A DNA stretch of 36,638 nt from an uncultured bacterium (GCA_903891335.1 CAITDX010000019.1:1-36638); one strand, 5' to 3'. Numbered from the stretch's first letter, positions 8,557 through 16,380 are shown. Notes: generated by a model not told the origin, from the letters alone. Translations and numbers: made by a program.

Positions 8557-9489
8557 CTAGAGTGGCTCAGTCAAATTTTCCTCTGCAATACGATTTAATT
8601 CCAAAACCCGATCGCGCACCGTCGTTTGGATAAAATTCGTCACCGCTTGCCGATCAAATGCTGCATTGGGAGTACGAAACTGTGCCAAATCCTGCCACAA
8701 CACGCTACCCACACAGTATCCACGAGCACCATTCTCCATAGCCAAGCGAAAACTCTCTTTGAAGGCTTCATAGGTATCGGTTGAGTGGCTCGTCACGATA
8801 CAAGGTTGATCTAATTCACTAACGATGGTCGCCATTGCGAGTGGATCAGCCGGATTTGGCACCACCAACACGTCACAAAAGCCTCGTAATTCTTGAATGG
8901 CGGTCAATAACTGTTCCGGATTATCGGAAGCTGGTATGGGTGCCAATTGCGGGTCAGCTGAAGTTGATTTTGATGATTGGTTGGACTGCTCTGCTGTCTT
9001 TACTATCGGAGCTTGACTACTTAACTTGAGCAAAAATTGCTGACCAAGCACTCGGGAGTACTCGCGAATTTCAGCGAGCAACTGCTTTTTCTCAATTGCT
9101 TTCGCCTCACCTGGATAATAATTGAGGTCTAGTTTCGCAGCTGCATAGTTATTGGCAATTTCTTCCAGGCTAAAATTAGGGAAAAGCAGCGGTAAGTTTT
9201 CAGGGAGAATTTCTTTATCCTGATCAAGGGCGATAAGCAGTGCAGCGGGGGTTTTTTGCTGTGCCAACAGCGCCAGTGTGTAGACTGGCTCAAGAACCAC
9301 TCCAGTAGTTTCCTTGCTAAGCTCAAAAAGACTCTGGTTGACTTGCGTAAGGAGCTCCAAATTATCTGGCAACTGTAGATCAAGGCCAAGAATCTCGGCT
9401 AATTCACGATTGTGATTGAGCTCGAGAATGGCAATCAGACCAGATTCATGCTGTAAGGGAGTGGCAGACATGAGAGTAGTATAAAACAA
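8557..9489 (-). CDS. Hypothetical protein with distant DeoC/LacD-type class I aldolase resemblance, probably non-catalytic
   Basis: 310 aa. Block-wise resemblance to my recollection of LacD: GLIAILELNHNR / GIISALAFDQRG, VVLEPVYTL / ILLDPEYGL, CDVLVVPNP / VDVLKVEVP, ELNRIAEE / ELNRVLEE. The Schiff-base Lys position reads Val, and there is a low-complexity insert (SSQAPIVKTAEQSNQSSKSTSADPQLAPIPASDNPEQ). Confidence 0.45.
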   Translation of the reverse strand: MFYTTLMSATPLQHESGLIAILELNHNRELAEILGLDLQLPDNLELLTQVNQSLFELSKETTGVVLEPVYTLALLAQQKTPAALLIALDQDKEILPENLPLLFPNFSLEEIANNYAAAKLDLNYYPGEAKAIEKKQLLAEIREYSRVLGQQFLLKLSSQAPIVKTAEQSNQSSKSTSADPQLAPIPASDNPEQLLTAIQELRGFCDVLVVPNPADPLAMATIVSELDQPCIVTSHSTDTYEAFKESFRLAMENGARGYCVGSVLWQDLAQFRTPNAAFDRQAVTNFIQTTVRDRVLELNRIAEENLTEPL

Positions 9490-9495
9490 TAACTC

Positions 9496-9975
9496 CTAGG
9501 GATCAAAAGCCTTTCTCTTCCACTCTAGTTCCCACGGGTGAATTTTTTTACGAGCAGCAGTTATAATACCGTCTTTAGTATTTTCAAAGGGAATATCTTC
9601 TCTTTGAAAAACAGACGCCAGTCCCTGTAGATTATGATGTCGTAGTAGCTCTTGAATTTCTGCATCAACTCTATCAACTGAGTCATCATATGTTCCAACC
9701 AAATCATTTAAGAGAAGTAAAATTTTATAAACGTCATCTCCTTTGATTCCTGGCGCAGGGAACCAGCCAACGATTTCTAAAACTTCTTTAGCTTTTTTAG
9801 CAATACTAATTAGTGTTTCGTTTTGTGCAATTTCTCTAGTGTATCTACCAAGAAGCAACACGTCTTCTGCTTTTACATTTTTCTCTCTCCCAATCACTTC
9901 GTATTCACTAAAAGCGCGTGCATTTAAATTGATAATTTCTCGTATAAAACCGTTTTGTTCTTGTGCTTCTATCAT
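9496..9975 (-). CDS. Orphan hypothetical protein (159 aa from ATG 9975) in an AT-rich segment
   Basis: The ORF track starts at a GTG at 10071, but those first 32 codons contain the pnp terminator hairpin. The first ATG (MIEAQEQ...) is at 9975. No recognisable domain. Confidence 0.5.
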   Translation of the reverse strand: MIEAQEQNGFIREIINLNARAFSEYEVIGREKNVKAEDVLLLGRYTREIAQNETLISIAKKAKEVLEIVGWFPAPGIKGDDVYKILLLLNDLVGTYDDSVDRVDAEIQELLRHHNLQGLASVFQREDIPFENTKDGIITAARKKIHPWELEWKRKAFDP

Positions 9976-10010
9976 TGTGAGTAGACTAGCACTTTTTGAG
10001 ACACTATGCA

Positions 10011-10045
10011 AAAACCCGCCCCTTCGTTCGAAAGTAGCGGGTTTT
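10011..10045 (-). terminator. Rho-independent terminator downstream of pnp
   Basis: Arms aaaacccgc (10011-10019) and gcgggtttt (10037-10045). On the minus strand the hairpin ends in GCGGGTTTTT, about 40 nt after the pnp stop. Confidence 0.7.
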
Positions 10046-10083
10046 ATAGTTTTAGTTAAAAAACTAATCACAAAAAAAGAGGC

Positions 10084-12432
10084 TTATCTTCTCCCGCCTC
10101 TGTCGCCGCCGCCAAATCTGCGACCGCCACCGAAACCACCACGGTCTCCGCCTCGACGATCACCGCCTCGGTCACCGCCGAAACGACGTCCGCCACGGTC
10201 GCCACCAAAACCGCCTCGACCACCAAATCCACCACGACCATTGTCTTCGCGATCACCTCTGGCAGCAGCTTTTTCTTTGGCTTCTGCTTCTTGTTCTTTG
10301 GTGAGTAGGGTTAAGGCAATTTTGCCCTCTGGGTTGTATTCTTTGACACGGACGTGAATCTGATCGCCAACCTGATAGAGCTCGCTGGCATCCTTAACAT
10401 ACTCAGTTGACATGTTGGAAACGTGGACGAGACCCTCGCGACCAGGCAAGAATTCGACAAACACTCCGTAGCCTTCGACACGAGTGACGATACCATCAAA
10501 CTCATCATCAACCTCAACTTCGCGAACGATATTGTCGATCATCTTCATCGCTTTATCAATTGCTTCCTGATTTGGAGATGACACATTGATGATGCCGAGT
10601 TTGTTTTCTTTATCTTCCTCGACATTGACCTCTGCACCGGATTTCTCAATGATATCCTTGATGACTGAGCCACCAGAGCCAATAACGGCACCGATTTTCT
10701 CAGCTGGAATGGTGATTTGAGACACTTTTGGAGCATACTGACTCAAAGCAGTACGAGGTTCACTAATGCATTTCATCATCTCGCCCATAATGTGCAAGCG
10801 ACCCTCAAGAGCTTGACCCAGTGCCTTGACTAAGACTTCTTTGGGAATACCCTTGAGTTTGATATCCATCTGAATCGCAGTGATGCCATCCTTGGTGCCG
10901 GCAACTTTGAAGTCCATGTCACCGACGTGATCTTCCAGACCTTGAATGTCGGAGAGGATGACAAATTTCTCACCATCGGACATCAAGCCCATGGCAATAC
11001 CTGCCACTGGTTTCTTGATTGGTACGCCAGCTGCCATCAAGGCCATGGTCGAACCACAGACTGAAGCCTGAGAAGTTGAACCATTGGAACTCATGATGTT
11101 GCTCACCACGTGAATGGTGTAAGGGAAAGCCTCTTGGCTAGGAATCATAGGTAGGAGAGCGCGCTCTGCTAAGGCTCCATGACCAATTTCACGACGCTTG
11201 GGATAGCCAATCCGACCAGCTTCACCAGAGGCATAAGGTGGCATATCATAGTGGTGGATGTAGTGGCGAGTTTGCTCACCAGACATATCCTCAATCAATT
11301 GACCTAGGGAAGGATCGCCGAGGGTGACAACGGTGAGGGCTTGGGTCGCGCCACGCTTAAACATGGCACTCCCGTGTACTCTAGGCAATAGATCGACTTC
11401 ACACCAGATGGGGCGGATTTCGGTGGTGGCGCGACCATCAGGGCGAACTTCGTCCTCGATGATCATGCGGCGAGCTTCGGCCTTCATCAGGTCGTGGAAA
11501 ATGCCCTTGAGCATGCCTTCGCTGAGCTCACTCACTTCACCTTCAGCAAGCTTAGCAGCATCATCGTCAAGAATTTGCTTGATGAGTTCGTCTAAACCGG
11601 TTGGTTCGAGACGACCTTCTTTATTGACCATATCGTTGACTTCCTGAGCGTAAGTTTTGGCTAAGTTGTCGACAAGCGCCTGCTTTTTCGCAGCAACTTC
11701 TGGATCAACTGCATCCACCAACTCAAGTTTGGCTTTGCCAATGGCAGCCACGACAGTCTCAATTTGAGCACAGACTTTAGTTGCCTCTTCTTGTGCACGA
11801 AGCAACGCTTCAATCATGACTGACTCAGCGACTTCGTTGGCACCAGCCTCGACCATCACGATGGAATTCTTGGAAGCAGACACAATTAAATCGAGATCAT
11901 TGCCTTCAATTTGACTGCGTTTGGGATTGATCAGGAATTGACCATCCACACTCAAACCAAGACGCATGCCAGCCACTGGACCGTCAAAAGGAATGTCAGA
12001 AATTTGCAAAGCCACGGCGGTGCTCAGTAAGGCAATCATGTCTGGCTCGTTCTCACCATCATAAGAGAGCACAGTATTGATGACCTGCACTTCATTAGTG
12101 ATGCCATCAGGAAACAATGGACGCATGGTACGATCGATCACCCGTGCACGCAGCACAGAGTCATCAGTAGGACGACCATCACGCTTGACCCAACGAGAAC
12201 CCTTGATGATGCCACCGGCAAAAAGTTTCTCAATGAATTCTACTGATAAAGGGAAGTAACCAAGATTGACCTTGCGACCAAGAGCCACAGTGGTGTGGAC
12301 AATGGTTTCGCCACAAGTGGCTAGCACCGCGGCACTCACCTGCTCACTAAATTTACCGACTTCGAGGTGAATTTCTTTGTCACCCACGACAATAGTTTGC
12401 GTATATGTATTTCCATATTTTGGATACGACAT
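10084..12432 (-). CDS. pnp: Polyribonucleotide nucleotidyltransferase (PNPase) with a C-terminal RGG-repeat tail
   Basis: 782 aa with two RNase PH-like cores plus KH and S1 regions (..GAVIGSGGSVIKDI.., ..FDGIVTRVEGYGVFVEF..), followed by a 58-aa Arg/Gly/Asp/Phe tail. Confidence 0.95.
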   Translation of the reverse strand: MSYPKYGNTYTQTIVVGDKEIHLEVGKFSEQVSAAVLATCGETIVHTTVALGRKVNLGYFPLSVEFIEKLFAGGIIKGSRWVKRDGRPTDDSVLRARVIDRTMRPLFPDGITNEVQVINTVLSYDGENEPDMIALLSTAVALQISDIPFDGPVAGMRLGLSVDGQFLINPKRSQIEGNDLDLIVSASKNSIVMVEAGANEVAESVMIEALLRAQEEATKVCAQIETVVAAIGKAKLELVDAVDPEVAAKKQALVDNLAKTYAQEVNDMVNKEGRLEPTGLDELIKQILDDDAAKLAEGEVSELSEGMLKGIFHDLMKAEARRMIIEDEVRPDGRATTEIRPIWCEVDLLPRVHGSAMFKRGATQALTVVTLGDPSLGQLIEDMSGEQTRHYIHHYDMPPYASGEAGRIGYPKRREIGHGALAERALLPMIPSQEAFPYTIHVVSNIMSSNGSTSQASVCGSTMALMAAGVPIKKPVAGIAMGLMSDGEKFVILSDIQGLEDHVGDMDFKVAGTKDGITAIQMDIKLKGIPKEVLVKALGQALEGRLHIMGEMMKCISEPRTALSQYAPKVSQITIPAEKIGAVIGSGGSVIKDIIEKSGAEVNVEEDKENKLGIINVSSPNQEAIDKAMKMIDNIVREVEVDDEFDGIVTRVEGYGVFVEFLPGREGLVHVSNMSTEYVKDASELYQVGDQIHVRVKEYNPEGKIALTLLTKEQEAEAKEKAAARGDREDNGRGGFGGRGGFGGDRGGRRFGGDRGGDRRGGDRGGFGGGRRFGGGDRGGRR
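10087..10260 (-). repeat. Low-complexity coding repeat (RGGFGG / DRGGRRFGG units)
   Basis: Translates to RGDREDNGRGGFGGRGGFGGDRGGRRFGGDRGGDRRGGDRGGFGGGRRFGGGDRGGRR. The GC-rich ccgcc/ccacc periodicity is visible in the DNA. Confidence 0.9.
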
Positions 12433-12613
12433 ATCGTTCTTTCTTGCCTCTAATGTTTATGGTAGGAGAGGCCTGCCTACTGAACTTCTGAAAGTGGAGA
12501 TGAGTATTCTGAAAAGAAGAGAAGTTCTTAACCTGATTAAGTCAAGTAAAGTTCTCGTCTTTTTGGAATCCTCAAAAATCTCCATTCTCGAAGTCAAAAA
12601 TACTAATAGGGGG

Positions 12614-12645
12614 ATTATACCATGGATCTGTAACCATCAGAAACA
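12614..12645 (-). promoter_or_regulatory. Putative pnp promoter (extended -10 TGGTATAAT)
   Basis: The minus strand reads ..catGGTATAATccc.. (-10 at 12614-12619, TG at 12621-12622), immediately downstream of the rpsO terminator. The -35 is weak (TTCTGA at 17 nt). Confidence 0.55.
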
Positions 12646-12647
12646 AA

Positions 12648-12670
12648 AACCCCGCCGAAGTGGCGGGGTT
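12648..12670 (-). terminator. Rho-independent terminator after rpsO
   Basis: 9-bp GC-rich stem aaccccgcc / ggcggggtt with loop gaagt. On the minus strand it is followed by TTTTGTTTCT, about 50 nt after the rpsO stop. Confidence 0.8.
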
Positions 12671-12722
12671 ATGATTTACTTGTATGAAGTATTTTTCCGC
12701 TCAGCGATGCGCTGAAGCAAAA

Positions 12723-12992
12723 TTATTTACTCAAACCTAATTTTTCGATCAACTTGCGATAGCGGTCTTCACTGCGAGAAAGCAAGAAATTGAGTAAGCG
12801 ACGACGTTTGGACACTTGTTTGAGCAAACCCTTGCGGGAATGGTTGTCTTTTTTGTGCAATTTCAAGTGCTCAGTCAACTGTTCAATTGAAGCAGTTAAA
12901 AGCGCCACCTGCACCTCTGGTGAACCAGTGTCACCCTCAAAAAGGGCAAAATCCTTGATAATTGAAGCTTTGTTTTGTTTTGCTAATGCCAT
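12723..12992 (-). CDS. rpsO: 30S ribosomal protein S15
   Basis: 89 aa. ..[46 protein letters not shown].. is typical S15. Confidence 0.95.
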   Translation of the reverse strand: MALAKQNKASIIKDFALFEGDTGSPEVQVALLTASIEQLTEHLKLHKKDNHSRKGLLKQVSKRRRLLNFLLSRSEDRYRKLIEKLGLSK

Positions 12993-13065
12993 AGTTCCTT
13001 TCGCCTTTATCCGCCCAGTGCTTCAAACCGGAGGGAAAAGTAAGCATCAATTGATATAGATTGAT

Positions 13066-13074
13066 AGTATAGCA
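13066..13074 (-). promoter_or_regulatory. Putative rpsO promoter (extended -10 TGCTATACT)
   Basis: The minus strand reads ttttttgTGCTATACTatc about 75 nt upstream of the rpsO ATG, with a T-rich upstream tract and no good -35. Confidence 0.45.
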
Positions 13075-13113
13075 CAAAAAAGGTAAAAATACGAGATAAA
13101 GCCAAGAATTTAA

Positions 13114-13515
13114 CTATGCTTCGTCGTCAACTAAACCAGCAAATTTATCGAGAAGCCAATGACCTGATTTTGTTGCAGTGGTAGACTGCGTTGAAGGTTT
13201 ATTTTGCGTATTTGCTAACACAAATTCCAAGGCACCGCGCTCTGCATCATTCAATAAGTCATTAGTAAATTCTTTTAATTGAGTGAGATTGTTAATCATC
13301 TCAATGTCTCTACTCTCTAAAATTTGTTTTTCTAAATTTACAGAGGCTTCTTCTAAATACTTGGCTATTTCATCTGCATCCGCTGAAGAGATAGAAGAAT
13401 ATTTATCTTCAGTCAGTAAACCAGACAAATAGTCAATTCTTTCACTCGGAGCAGTAGACTGACCAATCGCATCCCTAAGTAAAGAAAAAAATGAACCTGA
13501 ATCTTGGTTATTCAT
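13114..13515 (-). CDS. Small acidic hypothetical protein (133 aa, no Cys), partner of the 876-aa protein
   Basis: AGGAA SD 7 nt upstream, 21 nt after the stop of the upstream gene. It looks helical and Asp/Glu-rich with a Ser/Thr/Gln-rich linker (NKPSTQSTTATKS). No signal peptide or TM segment. Confidence 0.6.
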   Translation of the reverse strand: MNNQDSGSFFSLLRDAIGQSTAPSERIDYLSGLLTEDKYSSISSADADEIAKYLEEASVNLEKQILESRDIEMINNLTQLKEFTNDLLNDAERGALEFVLANTQNKPSTQSTTATKSGHWLLDKFAGLVDDEA

Positions 13516-13536
13516 AACGTATTCCTATTAAGTCTT

Positions 13537-16167
13537 TTATACTACGTTCACATCCTCAATCGTCTCAGCCTTATTAAAGGTATTAAATGATCTGTTACCA
13601 GGCATCAAATTCCAAGTAGGTCGAGCTAGAATCAAGAAAGGAACTATTTTAACTACCTTGTCCAAAGCATCTTTTACGTTTGGTGCATTATTTTCAAGGA
13701 ATTGAGTAGCCAGCCACCAAATTCCCTTGAGACCTACCTCAGCATTTTGGAAAGCAATATCAGCGTTAGCTCCTGATTCAGCACTTGGCAATCCACTTTC
13801 TGCGGCGATTTTGGCAATTTCAGCAGCACCCTGCTGCATCTTAGATAAGTCTGAGAGAGCTCCTCTCATTGAAGTCTCCGCAGCTTGCGCCCACTCTCCT
13901 GCCACTGCATCAACCCCATTAGCAATACCTAGTGCCATAAATACCGCGGCAGCACCGGCTCCAAGAGCAGCAATTTGTTCCCACATTTTATCTAATTTTG
14001 AACGCTCAAAAATTTGTCTAAGTTCCATCTTAGCAAAGCCACGCTGAGCATCTTGCAGAAGAAGCGCGGTAGCCTCTTGTATCGCAAGATTACTGCGCTC
14101 GACACCGCTCTCCATGGTCTTTAGCTGTTTTTTAAAGTGTTCAACAGCAAGAGTTGATTCTTTTCTTCTTTGATCTGTATTCTCAGCAACCTCATCTACA
14201 GATTGACGTTTGCTCCCCTCAGTGAGCATTCTCCACACTCGGCTATTTTGAGCAAGTTTTGTGTCAGGACCAAGAATCTTACGCATTAACTCAGCTGTTC
14301 TACTAAATACCGACCTATTAAGATGTCTCTCCATCGCATCTCTGCTCATGTATTGCTGAGGAATATTAGAGCTATCAATCTGATTATCCATCCATTGTTC
14401 TTCTAGAGTAAAAGAATTCTCAGCTAATGCGGACACCTCTTCTCCGCCCATCTTTTTCAAACCCTCATTAACTTCAGCCAAAACGCCTTTACCGTCAAGC
14501 ATTTTTTGTGCTCTCGTTTTCAGTTCCTTCAAAAGTTTGCCGGCATTCTCACGGAACATAATACCTCCAGTAACCGAATCAATTCCTGCAGAAGCCAATT
14601 CGAGTGGAGATAATACAGCTGAGAGAGCCAAACCCTTGCCTTCAGTAATCGAGATTGTGTCATTGGCTCGGGCAACCATCATCGCTGCTCGCATGAAAGC
14701 AGATTCGGCACCGCGCAAAATAGTCGCTGCCTTAACAACTTCTTTCTCGCCGTATTCTTCTGGGTTAGCGAGGATGTTATTGAGATTTTCGACTGCCATC
14801 TCTTTGGCAACAACTGCTGAACTCAAATCATTAACTGCGCTTTCAGCAATTGTCCCCTCCATGTTATTAACGGCGAAACCAACTTCCGTGCCCAAATCCT
14901 CGGCAAAAGTAAGAAAACCTTTTCCAATTCTCTTTGCCATAGGCACAGCCGCTTCTTTAAACCATTCAGGAAGAATAATATCCACATCGACTGCAGTCGC
15001 AGTCAAAACTTTTTGCCAATTTTGAGCATTGTCAAAATCAAATCCTAAATATTTCTTTTGTGCATTTTGATACTGCTCTAAAGATAGATCTTGCTGTCTC
15101 TGGAAATATTTTTGGAAATGCTCGGCTTGAACTCGACGATCTGCTTTCACAAAAACACCTTTTGTCATGAACTGTGGTAACTCACTACCTTCTTCAAGTG
15201 CCTTGCTTTCATCCGCTGTCAAAGGAGCACTCTTGCTATCTGCTGCGACTTCGGTCATTAGCTGCTTACGCAAATCTCCAAGTTCTGCGGTGCTTAAAAC
15301 ACCAGCTCGCCACATTTCCAAAACTGAGGCGGTGTCACCAGAACCAACAATCTTTGCTCTAAGCTCAACTGAAATATCAGACATTTTTGCTTCACGAGCG
15401 GCATCAGGAGCAACAAACTCATGAAGTCTTCTTCCAACGGCACCATGAAACAAAGCATCATCAGCCAAGGCTAAGACCTTACGCACTGGACCACCGGCCA
15501 TAGATGACCAAAACTTAAACTTATATTTATCTGGATCTGTTGAAGAAACGCCTAAGTCAGCTGTCGATCTAAATTTGTTAGCCTTATCTAAATCAGCTTG
15601 AGCTCTATGTAGCTCTTTTAAACTTGACCAGGTCTCACGCTTTGCTTTGTTTGCTTCTGTTATAAAAGCCTTAATAGCTTCCTTATCTTTGTCCTTGCTA
15701 TTCAGATAGGCTTCCCACAAAGCATTTATCTCTGTTTCCATCTCCTCTGAGTTTTTAAACTGTTTACGCACTTCCATTAACTGGTTGACCATTTCTCGCA
15801 AACTCTCAACGCCAGAAGCCATAAACTCCACTTGTTTCTCCTGTCCTTGTCCAGTTAATTCGCGATCAGCTATTGTTTGAAATACTTCAGCAGCTCCTTT
15901 TTCCTTTAAAAATTTAGCTAAGGTTTTTAATTCTCTGCTATCTTGGCTTAATCCAAGTTCAACTGCTAAAAACCTAGTGAGGTTTTCGGCATCAGCAAGA
16001 ACACTCACTTCACCATCTTCAAGTCCCTTTTGTTGACTTTTCAAATCTGCCCAAACCAAAGGCTGCTTCGTTTCTACCCACGAAAGCATGAAGACTGTCA
16101 GCAACTGCTGGTAATGCTCGATTAATCGACGGTTGAAGATCTTTGGCTTGTGGTTGTGGAGCTGCAT
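13537..16167 (-). CDS. Large orphan alpha-helical protein (876 aa, no Cys) with C-terminal hydrophobic/glycine-zipper segments
   Basis: Long uninterrupted ORF with no recognisable catalytic motif or signal peptide. It contains many charged, coiled-coil-like stretches. Hydrophobic segments are IAALGAGAAAVFMALGIANGVDAVAG and VVKIVPFLILARPTW. The start codon is uncertain because the SD is weak. Confidence 0.7.
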   Translation of the reverse strand: MQLHNHKPKIFNRRLIEHYQQLLTVFMLSWVETKQPLVWADLKSQQKGLEDGEVSVLADAENLTRFLAVELGLSQDSRELKTLAKFLKEKGAAEVFQTIADRELTGQGQEKQVEFMASGVESLREMVNQLMEVRKQFKNSEEMETEINALWEAYLNSKDKDKEAIKAFITEANKAKRETWSSLKELHRAQADLDKANKFRSTADLGVSSTDPDKYKFKFWSSMAGGPVRKVLALADDALFHGAVGRRLHEFVAPDAAREAKMSDISVELRAKIVGSGDTASVLEMWRAGVLSTAELGDLRKQLMTEVAADSKSAPLTADESKALEEGSELPQFMTKGVFVKADRRVQAEHFQKYFQRQQDLSLEQYQNAQKKYLGFDFDNAQNWQKVLTATAVDVDIILPEWFKEAAVPMAKRIGKGFLTFAEDLGTEVGFAVNNMEGTIAESAVNDLSSAVVAKEMAVENLNNILANPEEYGEKEVVKAATILRGAESAFMRAAMMVARANDTISITEGKGLALSAVLSPLELASAGIDSVTGGIMFRENAGKLLKELKTRAQKMLDGKGVLAEVNEGLKKMGGEEVSALAENSFTLEEQWMDNQIDSSNIPQQYMSRDAMERHLNRSVFSRTAELMRKILGPDTKLAQNSRVWRMLTEGSKRQSVDEVAENTDQRRKESTLAVEHFKKQLKTMESGVERSNLAIQEATALLLQDAQRGFAKMELRQIFERSKLDKMWEQIAALGAGAAAVFMALGIANGVDAVAGEWAQAAETSMRGALSDLSKMQQGAAEIAKIAAESGLPSAESGANADIAFQNAEVGLKGIWWLATQFLENNAPNVKDALDKVVKIVPFLILARPTWNLMPGNRSFNTFNKAETIEDVNVV

Positions 16168-16212
16168 TTGTTTCTGTCATAGGAACTTTCACATGAAAAA
16201 CTACTTGTTTCC

Positions 16213-16241
16213 ATTAAAAAACAATTTTCATGTCAAGTCAA
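16213..16241 (-). promoter_or_regulatory. Sigma70-type promoter for the 876-aa gene
   Basis: Minus strand: TTGACT (16236-16241), a 17-nt spacer, then TTTAAT (16213-16218). This predicts a 5' UTR of about 40 nt. Confidence 0.6.
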
Positions 16242-16380
16242 ACAAGCAAAATAAAAATGATTACTTTTGAATCATTTTGTTATATTTTTGAAACAGAATC
16301 GCACTCTGCTTAATGTAAAAAACCGAGAAAGTTACTAATTGCTCACTACAATGAATCTTTCATTCACGAAAGACAACTCT

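Noticed and set aside
10020-10036. tRNA T-loop-like gttcgaa within the pnp terminator loop
   Set aside because: The flanking bases do not form a T-stem and there is no acceptor or anticodon arm. It is simply the terminator loop.
9743-10357. 204-aa plus-strand ORF with a Pro/Arg/Ser-rich tail (PPKPPRSPPRRSPP...)
   Set aside because: It is the antisense shadow of the PNPase RGG-repeat codons and of the orphan gene. It has no start context and lies entirely inside well-supported minus-strand genes.
12377-12715. 112-aa plus-strand ORF across the rpsO-pnp spacer
   Set aside because: It spans the rpsO terminator and the pnp promoter and leader. The region is better explained as regulatory RNA/DNA on the minus strand.
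14537-15025. 162-aa plus-strand ORF inside the 876-aa gene, plus similar ones at 13727-14047 and 15167-15424
   Set aside because: They are Ala/Ser-rich mirror frames of an Ala/Glu/Leu-rich gene, with no independent signals.
13075-16380. Possibility that the 876-aa/133-aa cassette is a mobile element or prophage remnant (for example a tape-measure protein)
   Set aside because: I could find no integrase, transposase, other phage genes, flanking direct repeats or tRNA target. Horizontal origin remains possible, but a mobile-element call is unsupported.
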